From Oscillospiraceae bacterium (GTDB lineage Bacteria > Bacillota > Clostridia > Oscillospirales > Acutalibacteraceae), in assembly GCA_031283835.1 (NCBI GenBank), contig JAITBA010000081.1:1-33385 (forward strand): a DNA stretch of 33,385 nucleotides, given 5' to 3'. The notes under the pieces are model-generated. The model worked only from the letters and a program-made list of their open reading frames with translations, was not told the origin of the DNA and searched no databases. Below, one piece after another: positions 21,001-29,556 of this stretch (its first letter is position 1; each line of letters starts with the position of its first letter). The translations under genes and the position numbers were made by a program.

Positions 21001-21579
21001 ATGGCACAGACATCAACCACGGAACAACAACAGCGGTTATCGCAAATAAACTCACTTAAAACGGTAGCGAATGCAGAGCAGAAAATTGTAATTAATTATT
21101 TCACACAGTCTTGCTTCGGACCGAAGGATGAGAAATTCGACCAGGTTGTGAGCTCCTTGCGTTCGCGCCTGAATACTCGCCAAATGGCACTTAACAAAAT
21201 TGGCTTGGATGAAGATCAGTTAAAAGAAATTCCAGATATCTGCTTTGAAGGTTTCCAAACTGACACATGGAATAACGGAAAAATTGAAGGTTTTAGTAAA
21301 GCGGGCGCAGATACGCGTTGGCGTTCAGGCAAGTACGCTATAACGCACTTGTTTTTCTCACCTACGCAAGTTTATATGTATAAATACGAATTTTCTCTTT
21401 ATAGCAACGACAGGAAAGAGCGTACAGAAGAGTATTTTTATAGAGACATCACAAACTTCTCTACCTCCGACGAAACCGTTAATGCATATAACCCAAACTG
21501 CATAGGCGGTGTTAAGGTGGTTCCAGTTAGTACGCAGAGGTTTGAGTTGATTGTTCCGGGCGACCGTAATGAATATTGA
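21001..21579 (+). CDS. Hypothetical protein; paralog of the gene at 22192 (unknown family)
   Basis: RBS GGGAGG 9 nt upstream of the ATG at 21001. It shares the N-proximal segment QKIVINYFTQSCFG (QKKVIKYFNSTGLLG in the paralog) and a C-proximal block THLFFSPTQVYMYKYEF...EYFYRDITN with the 22192 gene. Confidence 0.55.
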   Translation: MAQTSTTEQQQRLSQINSLKTVANAEQKIVINYFTQSCFGPKDEKFDQVVSSLRSRLNTRQMALNKIGLDEDQLKEIPDICFEGFQTDTWNNGKIEGFSKAGADTRWRSGKYAITHLFFSPTQVYMYKYEFSLYSNDRKERTEEYFYRDITNFSTSDETVNAYNPNCIGGVKVVPVSTQRFELIVPGDRNEY

Positions 21580-21623
21580 ACAGAGCGTACGGGCGATGAA
21601 GGCAAAACTCCGCGAGAAGAAGA

Positions 21624-22115
21624 ATGCCTAAACGGAACAGGCAGGACAGCACGACCATATGGGATATTCTTGACAATCCTGCTGTTTGTGACGAAGAAAG
21701 CAGGGAACTTATCAGACCCGTGATTAAAATTAAAACGGTTATTATTTCTGTATTCGTTTGTTTGGTGATTACGGGTCTGATTTCTTTCGCACTCTCCTGC
21801 ATTGTTTGCGCTGTTTTAAAAAGCAAACAAGTAACGACGGTGGATGTGCATAGTGTTCTATTCATTTGCTTGTTGACCTGTTACATTCTTCTGTTCTTGC
21901 TGAGCCTAAGAAGAATCATGATTTTTTTCGTTATGCTTTATCAAGCTAAGGCAAGTGACCAAACCCGTTTAAGATGTGTTTTTGTCCCCAGTTGCTCTGA
22001 GTATATGATTTTGTCTCTAAAAAAATATGGGGCTATTGTTGGTCTCATCAAGGGGATTGGAAGATTACATCGTTGCAGAAATTCATACGGCATTGGCGGC
22101 GAGGACTATCCATAA
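21624..22115 (+). CDS. Membrane protein with a C-terminal YidD-like domain (membrane protein insertion efficiency factor family) and a two-TM N-terminal extension
   Basis: The C-terminal ~65 aa (MIFFVMLYQAKASDQTRLRCVFVPSCSEYMILSLKKYGAIVGLIKGIGRLHRCRNSYGIGGEDYP) match the YidD signature (FYQ...C-x-F-x-P-[ST]-C-S-x-Y ... RL-x-RC-x-P-x-GG-x-D-P). The N-terminal ~95 aa form two hydrophobic helices. An internal ATG at 21918 would yield a YidD-only 65-aa product, so the start is ambiguous. Confidence 0.55.
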   Translation: MPKRNRQDSTTIWDILDNPAVCDEESRELIRPVIKIKTVIISVFVCLVITGLISFALSCIVCAVLKSKQVTTVDVHSVLFICLLTCYILLFLLSLRRIMIFFVMLYQAKASDQTRLRCVFVPSCSEYMILSLKKYGAIVGLIKGIGRLHRCRNSYGIGGEDYP

Positions 22116-22191
22116 AACGAGGTTTTTCAATGGGTTTAGGCGTTGTCCCAAAATCAATGTCAAAAAGCAATAATTTAATGGAGGTAATATT

Positions 22192-22974
22192 ATGTTTCGT
22201 GCACTAAAAAGCAACGGCAATAAAGACTTTGCAAATAGCATAAGAGTTGGTACCGGCTTCATAGGGATGCGCGGCAGAACAAGCGAGCAAAAGAAAGTCA
22301 TCAAATACTTTAACAGCACAGGGCTTTTGGGCGCGATTTTCGGAATATCCAATGCCACGTTTGATGCGATTTTAGGTAACAAAATAAACGCTTGCAGGCA
22401 ATGGATTAACGCGCGGGCATTAAATGTGCATGGTATGGATGCTGACGAAGTCAAGGAAACTACCCCTATTCTTGTTGAAAACTATGCCTCTGAAAGCCGT
22501 TTTTTCAAAATATTCAATGACCGTACATTCCGCACCTCTGAATATCAGGTGACTTATTTGTTGTTTGGCGAAAAACAGATGTATGTGTATAGTCATACTT
22601 TCGACCTGACCAGCGAAAACACTACCGAACATACGAGAGAATATTTCTATGAGGATATAACCAACGTGGATGTCACTCAAAAGAAAATTGAATTTCCAAA
22701 TCCGCGTCCATTGCGGTATCTTTTGGGCGGAATTGGTTGTATTGTGCTCGGTGCATTGTTGGCACTTATCCCATTTATCGGCGTTCTCTTTGCCGTGTGC
22801 GGTCTTGTCGCAGGAATTATCGTAATGTTTTTCTTAGGTTATTCCCGGAGTGTAGTAGATAATTTGGTTTTGAGGCTGACCGTATCCGGCGATGAGTTTA
22901 TCTGTGCTATGAAGCCCGAAAACATGGCTGCGATACAGGGAATGAAAGCGAAAATCAGGGAAAAGAAAAAATAA
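22192..22974 (+). CDS. Hypothetical membrane-anchored protein; paralog of the 21001 gene with an added C-terminal TM helix
   Basis: RBS GGAGGT 8 nt upstream. It shares the EYFYEDITN block with the 21001 gene and has a hydrophobic segment LRYLLGGIGCIVLGALLALIPFIGVLFAVCGLVAGIIVMFFLGY. Confidence 0.6.
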   Translation: MFRALKSNGNKDFANSIRVGTGFIGMRGRTSEQKKVIKYFNSTGLLGAIFGISNATFDAILGNKINACRQWINARALNVHGMDADEVKETTPILVENYASESRFFKIFNDRTFRTSEYQVTYLLFGEKQMYVYSHTFDLTSENTTEHTREYFYEDITNVDVTQKKIEFPNPRPLRYLLGGIGCIVLGALLALIPFIGVLFAVCGLVAGIIVMFFLGYSRSVVDNLVLRLTVSGDEFICAMKPENMAAIQGMKAKIREKKK

Positions 22975-23027
22975 CAATTCTCGTTGTCGCGTGAGGCTAA
23001 AATGCAGTTAGGGGGGAGCGTTTCATC

Positions 23028-26000
23028 ATGCCAGACATCAAAAATGGTGCGGCAACAGATTTCTTGGCCACGTTTTTCATCGAAAATCGTGCCATTACAA
23101 AAAAGTTGAGCGACGTAATAAAAAACAGAGAAAACAGCTTGTTCCGCTCCGCATTAGGTTTGTCGAACGATTTTGTGTTGCCGTTTCTCAGCGAAGAAAG
23201 TGCTAACGACACTCCCTCCATCACCTATTCCCTCCGCAGCACGTTAAATTCCGATTTTACCGCTTACATAAATGACGAGGCTCAAAACCACCATGTCATC
23301 GCAAGCGGCGACTATGTTGTTTTCAAAAACCAAAACGGCGATACTTATATTCGCGTTCTATTCCTTGGCACAAACGAGATAAAACTTGGATACAAAAAAT
23401 ATGCGCTGAATAAAGGCAAAAACCTTTTTATCGGTCGGCAACAAGACAATGACATTTCTTTCGATTTTAGCGACCGTATTTCCCGCGAAAAGCATATTGC
23501 TATCAGAATGGATGAAAACGGCGATGTTTTCGCAGAAGATTTGAAGCGCAGTATTGGCGTTTATGTGAACGGAAAACAGACCCATTCGCAAAAGCTTTCT
23601 TTATTTGATGAAGTCACCGTAATGGGACTTTCGCTTGTGTACCTCGGAGGTTGTGTTGCCGTTAGAGATTTCAAAATTTTAAGTAACTGTGTTCCTGTAA
23701 CTGAATTTTCAGCAAAAGCTCCCATTGAAAAAACAGAGGTCAAATACTTTGTCCGCAACCCGCGAATCCTCAAATCGCTTGATACCGACCCGGTAGAAAT
23801 AGACGCGCCGCCAAATCCTCCTTCTCAGGATAAAACCCCTGCCATTTTGGTTTTAGGGCCGAGCGTAACCATGTCTTTGGTTATGATGGCGAGCTTGGGC
23901 GTATCGCTTACAAACGCATTAAGCGGCGGTGATATGAGTACAATCATTACCAGCGGCGTGATGGCTGTCGGTATGCTGATTGGTTCTTTGCTGTGGCCTG
24001 CGCTGCTGCGCAGCTATCAAAAACGCGCTGTTATCGCCGAAGAAAAACACAGACGGAGCAGCTACACCGGGTACATTTCTGAAATTGACAAAAAGTTATA
24101 CGCTAAATCGGATAGAACCATTCGCGTGTTAAACGAAACCTTTTCCCCCACACCGGAACAGGAATTGAAATTGCTTGATAGCGAAAGCGGACGACTGCGC
24201 TTGTGGGAACGTTCATTTAGCGATGAAGATTTTCTAAGAGTCCGCTTGGGCTTGGGTCAAGGTGCTTTTGGCGTAAATATCGCGACTCCCAAAGTGGGGT
24301 TTCAATTGCATGAGGACGAATTACGCAAGTTACCTGTTCGGATTTCCGAAAAATATTCTGTATTATCAAATGTGCCCGTTACGCTTGATTTGAAAAGCAA
24401 TCGGGCAGTCGGTCTTATTGGCTCTGCCGCAAATATTCACAACATCATCAACGAAATCATATTGAACTTGATTTCCCTCCATTCATATGATGAAGTCAAG
24501 TTAGCGATTGTTTGTTCCGAAAAGGAATCATCCCAATTTATCCATCTGCGAAACATCCCGCATATTTGGAGCGATGATAAAAAAATCAGATACTTCGCCA
24601 CAAACAATGATGAAGTCCACTATGTTTTCAACGCGATTGACGACATAGTAAAAGAACGCGAAAAAACACAAGAAAGAAAAACAACAACTCCCGGCAAGCC
24701 TCATTTTGTTTTGGTCATAACCGATGGTGCTTTGATTGAAGGCGAACCGTTGTTACGATATATTGAAAACCCTGATAACGCCGTAGGCATTACCTCTCTA
24801 TTTTCGTACGGAGATATTTCCAAGCTGCCGAAAGCCTGTAAGGCAATTATACAAAGCGACAATAGCAGAAGCGGTTATTATGCTAAAAATGAGAATAATA
24901 ATCGGTTTATCGAATTTGTGCCGGACACCTTGCAAGGTTCGGACATTAGCCGATTTGCAAGACGATTAGCGGCTCTTCCCGTTAAAGTCGATGCCCATGC
25001 TTTAGGTGTACCCGAAAGAATTACTTTCCTTCAAACTTTCAAAGCGGGCAACGTGGATGAGCTTGCAATAGAGAAGCATTGGAATAACAACAATTCAGCC
25101 AAATCGCTTTCTGCTCAAATTGGCGTTATGGCAGGCGGCAACCCTTTTTCGCTCGACATTCACGAAGCGTATCACGGATGTCATGGTCTGGTCGCAGGGA
25201 CGACTGGTTCCGGCAAGAGTGAATTTTTGCAAGCATTTGTTCTATCTTTGGCAATCAACTACAGCCCAAAAGAAATCGCCTTTGTGTTGGTGGATTTTAA
25301 GGGTGGCGATATGGCTCGTCCTTTTATGGAAAAGAAAAATGAAAACGGAGATGTTGTCAAACACGCTTTGCCGCATTTGGCGGCTATCATATCCAATCTT
25401 TCAGGGAATTTGCTATATAGGGCGTTGGTTTCTTTTAACGCTGAAATTAAATATAGACAAACGCTGTTCAATAAAGCCGCCGCCGCACTTGGCGTAGATA
25501 AATTGGACATCAATTCCTATCACAAATATTACAAAGCTGGCAAGCTGTCCGTGCCTTTGCCCCATTTGGTTATTATCATAGACGAGTTTGCCCAGCTCAA
25601 AACACAACAGCCCGATTTTTTGGCAGAGCTTATCAATGTTGCGCAAGTCGGTCGTAGCCTTGGTATTCACCTCATATTGGCTACCCAAAAGCCAAGCGGC
25701 GTTGTCGATCCACAGATTTGGAGCAACTCCCGTTTCAAAGTTTGCCTAAAAGTTGCGGACAAACAGGACAGCATTGACATGATAAACAAACCCGATTCCG
25801 CGCTTATTAAGAATCCGGGCAGATGCTATGTGCAAGTAGGCTATGATGAAGTATACGAATGTGTTCAATCGGGATATAGCGGAGCGGATTATGTGCCGAC
25901 AAAAACTTATTTGCCCGATGACGAGATAACGGTTCAAATGACCGACAGCACTGCAACACCCATTCATAGCGCAAAAATAGATTTTTCCGCAAACAAAACC

Positions 26001-27698
26001 GACAAGACCCAGCTTGAAGCGGTCGTTGCAAGCCTCATCACTCTCGGTACGGACAAAAACCTGTTTGTTAAGCCGTTGTGGAAAGATATGCTGCCGGAAC
26101 GCATTGCCCTTGACAGCTTGCAAACCGAAGCGAAAACCATACTCAAAGCAACCGTCGCGCTGACTGATTTCGTGCGCGTTCAAGAACAAAGACCGTTAGC
26201 GATTGATTTTGCCCAAACAGGACATTTGGGCATTTATGGGGCAAGCGGGACCGGAAAAACGACTTTCTTACAAACGCTGATCTATTCGCTCGTATGCGAC
26301 TATTCCTATACACCTGATGAGCTTACCATTTACGCTATGGATTTTGGCGGTCGCAGTCTTGGATATTTGAACGCCTTGCCTCACGTTGGTGATGTTGTGT
26401 TTGAGGACAACGAAGGCAAAATCGCCGCCCTTGCTGATACGCTGCAATCGATAATTGACGAAAGAAAACGCATTTTTGCGGCGAGCAATTGCGGAACATT
26501 TGTAGATTACCACGCAACAGGGAAACAGCGCATCCCGGCGGTTTTGGTGTTGATTGACAATTTCGCGCCTTTCCATGAAAAACACATGGATTTATCAGAG
26601 CGGTTTTTTGGGATCATCAGTGCAGGTAAAACGTACGGTGTTTATTTTGTGATTACCGGGAATACTCGCAATGCGATTTATTATAAGGTCGCCGAACACA
26701 TCTCCACATATTTCATGCTAAAAATGAACGACCCCGGCAACTATTTTGATGTTCTCAACCTTCGTCCTCCCATTACGCCGGAAGATATAAAGGGGCGCGG
26801 GATAACCGTTATTGACAAGGAGGTCGTTGAGTTTCAAGTTGCGTTGGCGCTTGACGGCGAATCAGAATCAGAGCGCGTCACTTTGATGTATGATACATAT
26901 GTCCAAATTGCTGAGGGCTGGACCGGAACAGTACCTCTCGCTCTTGCCGATGATTTTGTCGGCAGCGATGAGGATTATTCGGAAACATCAACGATTAGCT
27001 ATACATATACGATAAAAACTACGCCACCCGATATTGTCAGCGATGACGGCAACACTCTTGTACTTGGCAAATCCCCTACCGGGGCATCGCTTTACGGCAT
27101 AAACTTGGAAGACCATTTTAAATGCGTTGTTTGCGCTAACGAAAATGAATCGTTGAACAATTATTACAAAAAGCTAACTGCGTGGATATTGAAACACGAA
27201 AATCGAAAGGTGTTCTTCGTTGACGATGCAAGCGGGGTATTTTCTGACATAACTTCCGTCGGTGGTGTCCGTTATATTCGAGGTTCCGATGAGCTGGATG
27301 CATTGCTTGCATTATTAAAGCCGGAGTTAAATTCCCGGTTAGATGATGATTCCGCTGGCTTCGGTGAGATATTTATAATCCTTTCAGATTTTGGCGCATT
27401 CTTTGATATGTTATCCGATGAGCAAGCCGATGTGATGCGGAAAATCACTCGTTACATAGACTTGCCAAAATATAAAATGTGTTTTATCTGTGGCTTCAAC
27501 GTGCAGAATGATTTAGGCGAAAAGAGCAATGACCGATTGTTCACAGACTTAATTGTAAATGCAGTTAATTATGTCGTGTTCCCAAAGAGTTACGATGAAT
27601 CCCGCAGTAAAATTGAGAATTTCCCGCTCATTCACGATGTAAAAAACGCAGAAATATATTTTTGCCAAGAAGATAAAAACACAAAGATAAGGTGGTGA
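23028..27698 (+). CDS. essC: EssC/YukB-like type VII secretion FtsK/SpoIIIE-family ATPase (N-terminal FHA region, TM helices, three P-loop ATPase modules)
   Basis: 1556 aa. FHA-like region (LFIGRQQDNDISFDFSDRISREKHIAIRMDENGDVFAEDLKRSIGVYVNG). Two TM helices (ILVLGPSVTMSLVMMASLGV, IITSGVMAVGMLIGSLLWPALL). Walker A motifs GLVAGTTGSGKSEFLQ and GIYGASGTGKTTFLQ, plus a degenerate third module. Walker B-like IIIDEFAQL. Confidence 0.85.
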   Translation: MPDIKNGAATDFLATFFIENRAITKKLSDVIKNRENSLFRSALGLSNDFVLPFLSEESANDTPSITYSLRSTLNSDFTAYINDEAQNHHVIASGDYVVFKNQNGDTYIRVLFLGTNEIKLGYKKYALNKGKNLFIGRQQDNDISFDFSDRISREKHIAIRMDENGDVFAEDLKRSIGVYVNGKQTHSQKLSLFDEVTVMGLSLVYLGGCVAVRDFKILSNCVPVTEFSAKAPIEKTEVKYFVRNPRILKSLDTDPVEIDAPPNPPSQDKTPAILVLGPSVTMSLVMMASLGVSLTNALSGGDMSTIITSGVMAVGMLIGSLLWPALLRSYQKRAVIAEEKHRRSSYTGYISEIDKKLYAKSDRTIRVLNETFSPTPEQELKLLDSESGRLRLWERSFSDEDFLRVRLGLGQGAFGVNIATPKVGFQLHEDELRKLPVRISEKYSVLSNVPVTLDLKSNRAVGLIGSAANIHNIINEIILNLISLHSYDEVKLAIVCSEKESSQFIHLRNIPHIWSDDKKIRYFATNNDEVHYVFNAIDDIVKEREKTQERKTTTPGKPHFVLVITDGALIEGEPLLRYIENPDNAVGITSLFSYGDISKLPKACKAIIQSDNSRSGYYAKNENNNRFIEFVPDTLQGSDISRFARRLAALPVKVDAHALGVPERITFLQTFKAGNVDELAIEKHWNNNNSAKSLSAQIGVMAGGNPFSLDIHEAYHGCHGLVAGTTGSGKSEFLQAFVLSLAINYSPKEIAFVLVDFKGGDMARPFMEKKNENGDVVKHALPHLAAIISNLSGNLLYRALVSFNAEIKYRQTLFNKAAAALGVDKLDINSYHKYYKAGKLSVPLPHLVIIIDEFAQLKTQQPDFLAELINVAQVGRSLGIHLILATQKPSGVVDPQIWSNSRFKVCLKVADKQDSIDMINKPDSALIKNPGRCYVQVGYDEVYECVQSGYSGADYVPTKTYLPDDEITVQMTDSTATPIHSAKIDFSANKTDKTQLEAVVASLITLGTDKNLFVKPLWKDMLPERIALDSLQTEAKTILKATVALTDFVRVQEQRPLAIDFAQTGHLGIYGASGTGKTTFLQTLIYSLVCDYSYTPDELTIYAMDFGGRSLGYLNALPHVGDVVFEDNEGKIAALADTLQSIIDERKRIFAASNCGTFVDYHATGKQRIPAVLVLIDNFAPFHEKHMDLSERFFGIISAGKTYGVYFVITGNTRNAIYYKVAEHISTYFMLKMNDPGNYFDVLNLRPPITPEDIKGRGITVIDKEVVEFQVALALDGESESERVTLMYDTYVQIAEGWTGTVPLALADDFVGSDEDYSETSTISYTYTIKTTPPDIVSDDGNTLVLGKSPTGASLYGINLEDHFKCVVCANENESLNNYYKKLTAWILKHENRKVFFVDDASGVFSDITSVGGVRYIRGSDELDALLALLKPELNSRLDDDSAGFGEIFIILSDFGAFFDMLSDEQADVMRKITRYIDLPKYKMCFICGFNVQNDLGEKSNDRLFTDLIVNAVNYVVFPKSYDESRSKIENFPLIHDVKNAEIYFCQEDKNTKIRW

Positions 27699-27703
27699 AA
27701 CCA

Positions 27704-27952
27704 ATGGGGAAAATACCTGTTACAGTAAACATTCCGGCAATCAGCCAAAACCATGATTTTCTAATCCCTGCGACTATGGCGGTTCGCGATGTTGTCCAAC
27801 TGATGGTAAATATCTTGGTTTCAGAGTATGGTGTTTCCAACGTCCTTTCCAATATATCCTTGCTTGATGAAAGCGATGGAAAGGCGTTGAGAACAGATTG
27901 TAGTTTCCAGCAACTTGGCGTTACAGCCGGTGCGAAGCTAATACTAATCTAA
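27704..27952 (+). CDS. esaB: YukD/EsaB-like ubiquitin-fold T7SS accessory protein
   Basis: 82 aa, with its ATG 6 nt after the EssC stop. The N-terminal beta-strand pattern IPVTVNIP...FLIPATMAV and the C-terminal GVTAGAKLILI resemble B. subtilis YukD (…CGITNGDRLEIM). Confidence 0.65.
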   Translation: MGKIPVTVNIPAISQNHDFLIPATMAVRDVVQLMVNILVSEYGVSNVLSNISLLDESDGKALRTDCSFQQLGVTAGAKLILI

Positions 27953-27973
27953 GGAGGAAGGAGGCATGTTGAA

Positions 27974-28279
27974 ATGGGATTCAGGATAAATCACTCAAAG
28001 GTCATTTCACAGGCAAATTCCATTGCCGATGATGCTGACAGACTTGGTTCGCAGGTCAATCAGCTAACGGCAATGGAGCAGGATGTTCGCATGGCTTGGA
28101 AAGGGCAAGCCGCGGACACGTTTCTTAAAAGGCTTGCCACGCTGAAAGGTGAGATAAGCCGAACAAAGCAACAAATGGCTAATCTGGCTTCAACCATAAG
28201 GTATTGTGCCGATAGGATTCAGCGCGAAGACGAAGAAGCTGAAAGACGCGCCGCCGCCCTGAAAACCTCTGGCAATTAG
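27974..28279 (+). CDS. esxA: WXG100-family (EsxA/ESAT-6-like) small secreted protein
   Basis: 101 aa and predicted helical hairpin. The central W-x-G motif is MAWKGQAADTF. RBS AAGGAGGAAGGAGG upstream. Its stop TAG overlaps the first bases of MITE copy B. Confidence 0.75.
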   Translation: MGFRINHSKVISQANSIADDADRLGSQVNQLTAMEQDVRMAWKGQAADTFLKRLATLKGEISRTKQQMANLASTIRYCADRIQREDEEAERRAAALKTSGN

Positions 28280-28440
28280 GGCGTGTTGACACTATCCGAA
28301 ATGTCCAGATTTTGAGCGGATTTTTTGTCGGGCAAGGCAATTTTTTTGCAGTCATACTTTCGTATTACAAAAAAAATAACGCAGAACGGCGGAAAATCCG
28401 CCAGAAGATGGGCGTTGAGCGTTAGTGTCAACACGCCCTA
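28277..28440. mobile_element. MITE-like miniature inverted-repeat element, copy B (same orientation as copy A)
   Basis: About 98% identical to 12855-13018 (3 substitutions). Has the same 18-bp terminal inverted repeats and is flanked by TA on both sides. Confidence 0.6.
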
Positions 28441-28461
28441 ATAGCCCTCCTCAAAAACGCC

Positions 28462-28497
28462 GCCCCCTGCTAATTGATAGCAGGGGCTTTCATTTTC
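28462..28497 (+). terminator. Rho-independent terminator closing the island operon
   Basis: GCCCCCTGC-taattgata-GCAGGGGGC followed by TTTCATTTT. Confidence 0.65.
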
Positions 28498-28556
28498 CCA
28501 AAAAAAACGTGTGATTGATGGCAGGTTTTTTTCATTCGTGCCCCGCTAATTTGTGA

Positions 28557-28585
28557 TTGACATTTCCATTCAAAATCGGTATAAT
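28557..28585 (+). promoter_or_regulatory. Perfect-consensus sigma-A promoter: TTGACA, 17-nt spacer, TATAAT, for folB-folK
   Basis: TTGACA at 28557-28562, 17-nt spacer, TATAAT at 28580-28585, about 47 nt upstream of the folB ATG. Confidence 0.6.
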
Positions 28586-28632
28586 AATAAGATAGAACCC
28601 ATTGCCGTGCGCAAGGAGAAAAGAGAACACAA

Positions 28633-29004
28633 ATGGACAAAATTCGCATCGAAGGGCTGGAAGTGTTCGCCCGCCATGGGGTCAACCCCGAGGAGCAGCG
28701 CGACGGGCAGGTGTTTTTGCTCGATCTCGTGCTGCAATTTGACGCGGCAAATGCCCGGCAAAGCGACGAGCTGCACAGCACGGTGAACTACGCCCAGGTG
28801 ATCAAAACGGCGGCGGCGGCGTTTGACGCACAAACCTGCCGGCTCATCGAACGGGCGGCGCAAGTGACGGCGCAAGCGGTGATGGAGGCTTTTCCGGCGG
28901 TGATGCGGCTAACGCTGCGGGTGCACAAGCCCGACGCGCCCATTGCGCGCCCGGTGGCAGATATTGTGTTTGAGACAACTTGTGAAAGGGATGGCGCGCA
29001 ATGA
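28633..29004 (+). CDS. folB: Dihydroneopterin aldolase
   Basis: 123 aa. Has the FolB-fold motifs (IEGLEVFARHGVNPEEQRDGQVF and the catalytic K in VHKPDAP) and sits directly upstream of folK, overlapping it by ATGA. Confidence 0.85.
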   Translation: MDKIRIEGLEVFARHGVNPEEQRDGQVFLLDLVLQFDAANARQSDELHSTVNYAQVIKTAAAAFDAQTCRLIERAAQVTAQAVMEAFPAVMRLTLRVHKPDAPIARPVADIVFETTCERDGAQ

Positions 29005-29504
29005 GTGAAGCGGTGGTTGGCCTGGGCAGCAACCTGGGCAAAAAAAACGAAAATTTGCTGCAGGCAGTGCAAGCGCTCAGCCGCTTGCCGGGCAGCACTA
29101 TCAAAAGAATTTCCTCCATTTTTGTCTCTCCGCCCGAGGGCGCGCCCACAGAGGACGCGCAAGAAGAATACCACAACATGGCGGTACTACTCGAAACTAC
29201 GATGTCGCCCATGGCGTTGCTGGGGGCGTGTCTTGGCGTCGAAGCCGCCATGGGCCGCGTGCGCACGCACAAAAACGCCGCCCGGCCCATCGACTTAGAT
29301 CTGCTGCTCTACGAAGGGATAAAAAGCGAGAGCTTCGAGCTTTCGCTCCCGCACCCGCGCCTGCTGCAGCGCGCCTTCACGCTGCTCCCGCTCAAGGAGC
29401 TATACCCTTCTGGCCGCGCGCCGGGCATCTTCTTCGAACCCCACCTGCGGGAACTGGATCTTACCGGCATCCGCCGGCTAGAACGGCGCATCGAGATGAA
29501 TTGA
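29001..29504 (+). CDS. folK: 2-amino-4-hydroxy-6-hydroxymethyldihydropteridine pyrophosphokinase (HPPK)
   Basis: HPPK motifs VGLGSNLG, ARPIDLDLLLY, LPHPRL. 167 aa. Confidence 0.9.
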   Translation: MSEAVVGLGSNLGKKNENLLQAVQALSRLPGSTIKRISSIFVSPPEGAPTEDAQEEYHNMAVLLETTMSPMALLGACLGVEAAMGRVRTHKNAARPIDLDLLLYEGIKSESFELSLPHPRLLQRAFTLLPLKELYPSGRAPGIFFEPHLRELDLTGIRRLERRIEMN

Positions 29505-29556
29505 CGCGCGCGGTTCTTCAAAAAAAACATATTTGACCAACGAAAGGGCGGCGCGC

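Noticed and set aside
21918-22115. A YidD-only 65-aa gene starting at the internal ATG
   Set aside because: Not rejected outright. It was kept as an alternative because the upstream in-frame hydrophobic region is open and could be translated. It is reported within the 21624-22115 feature.
12855-28440. The two 164-bp direct repeats as attL/attR of a roughly 15-kb excisable element
   Set aside because: The repeats have terminal inverted repeats and TA flanks (MITE-like). The intervening DNA includes backbone-composition housekeeping genes (clpE, pgsA, cvpA). The actual composition island begins about 5 kb to the right of copy A.
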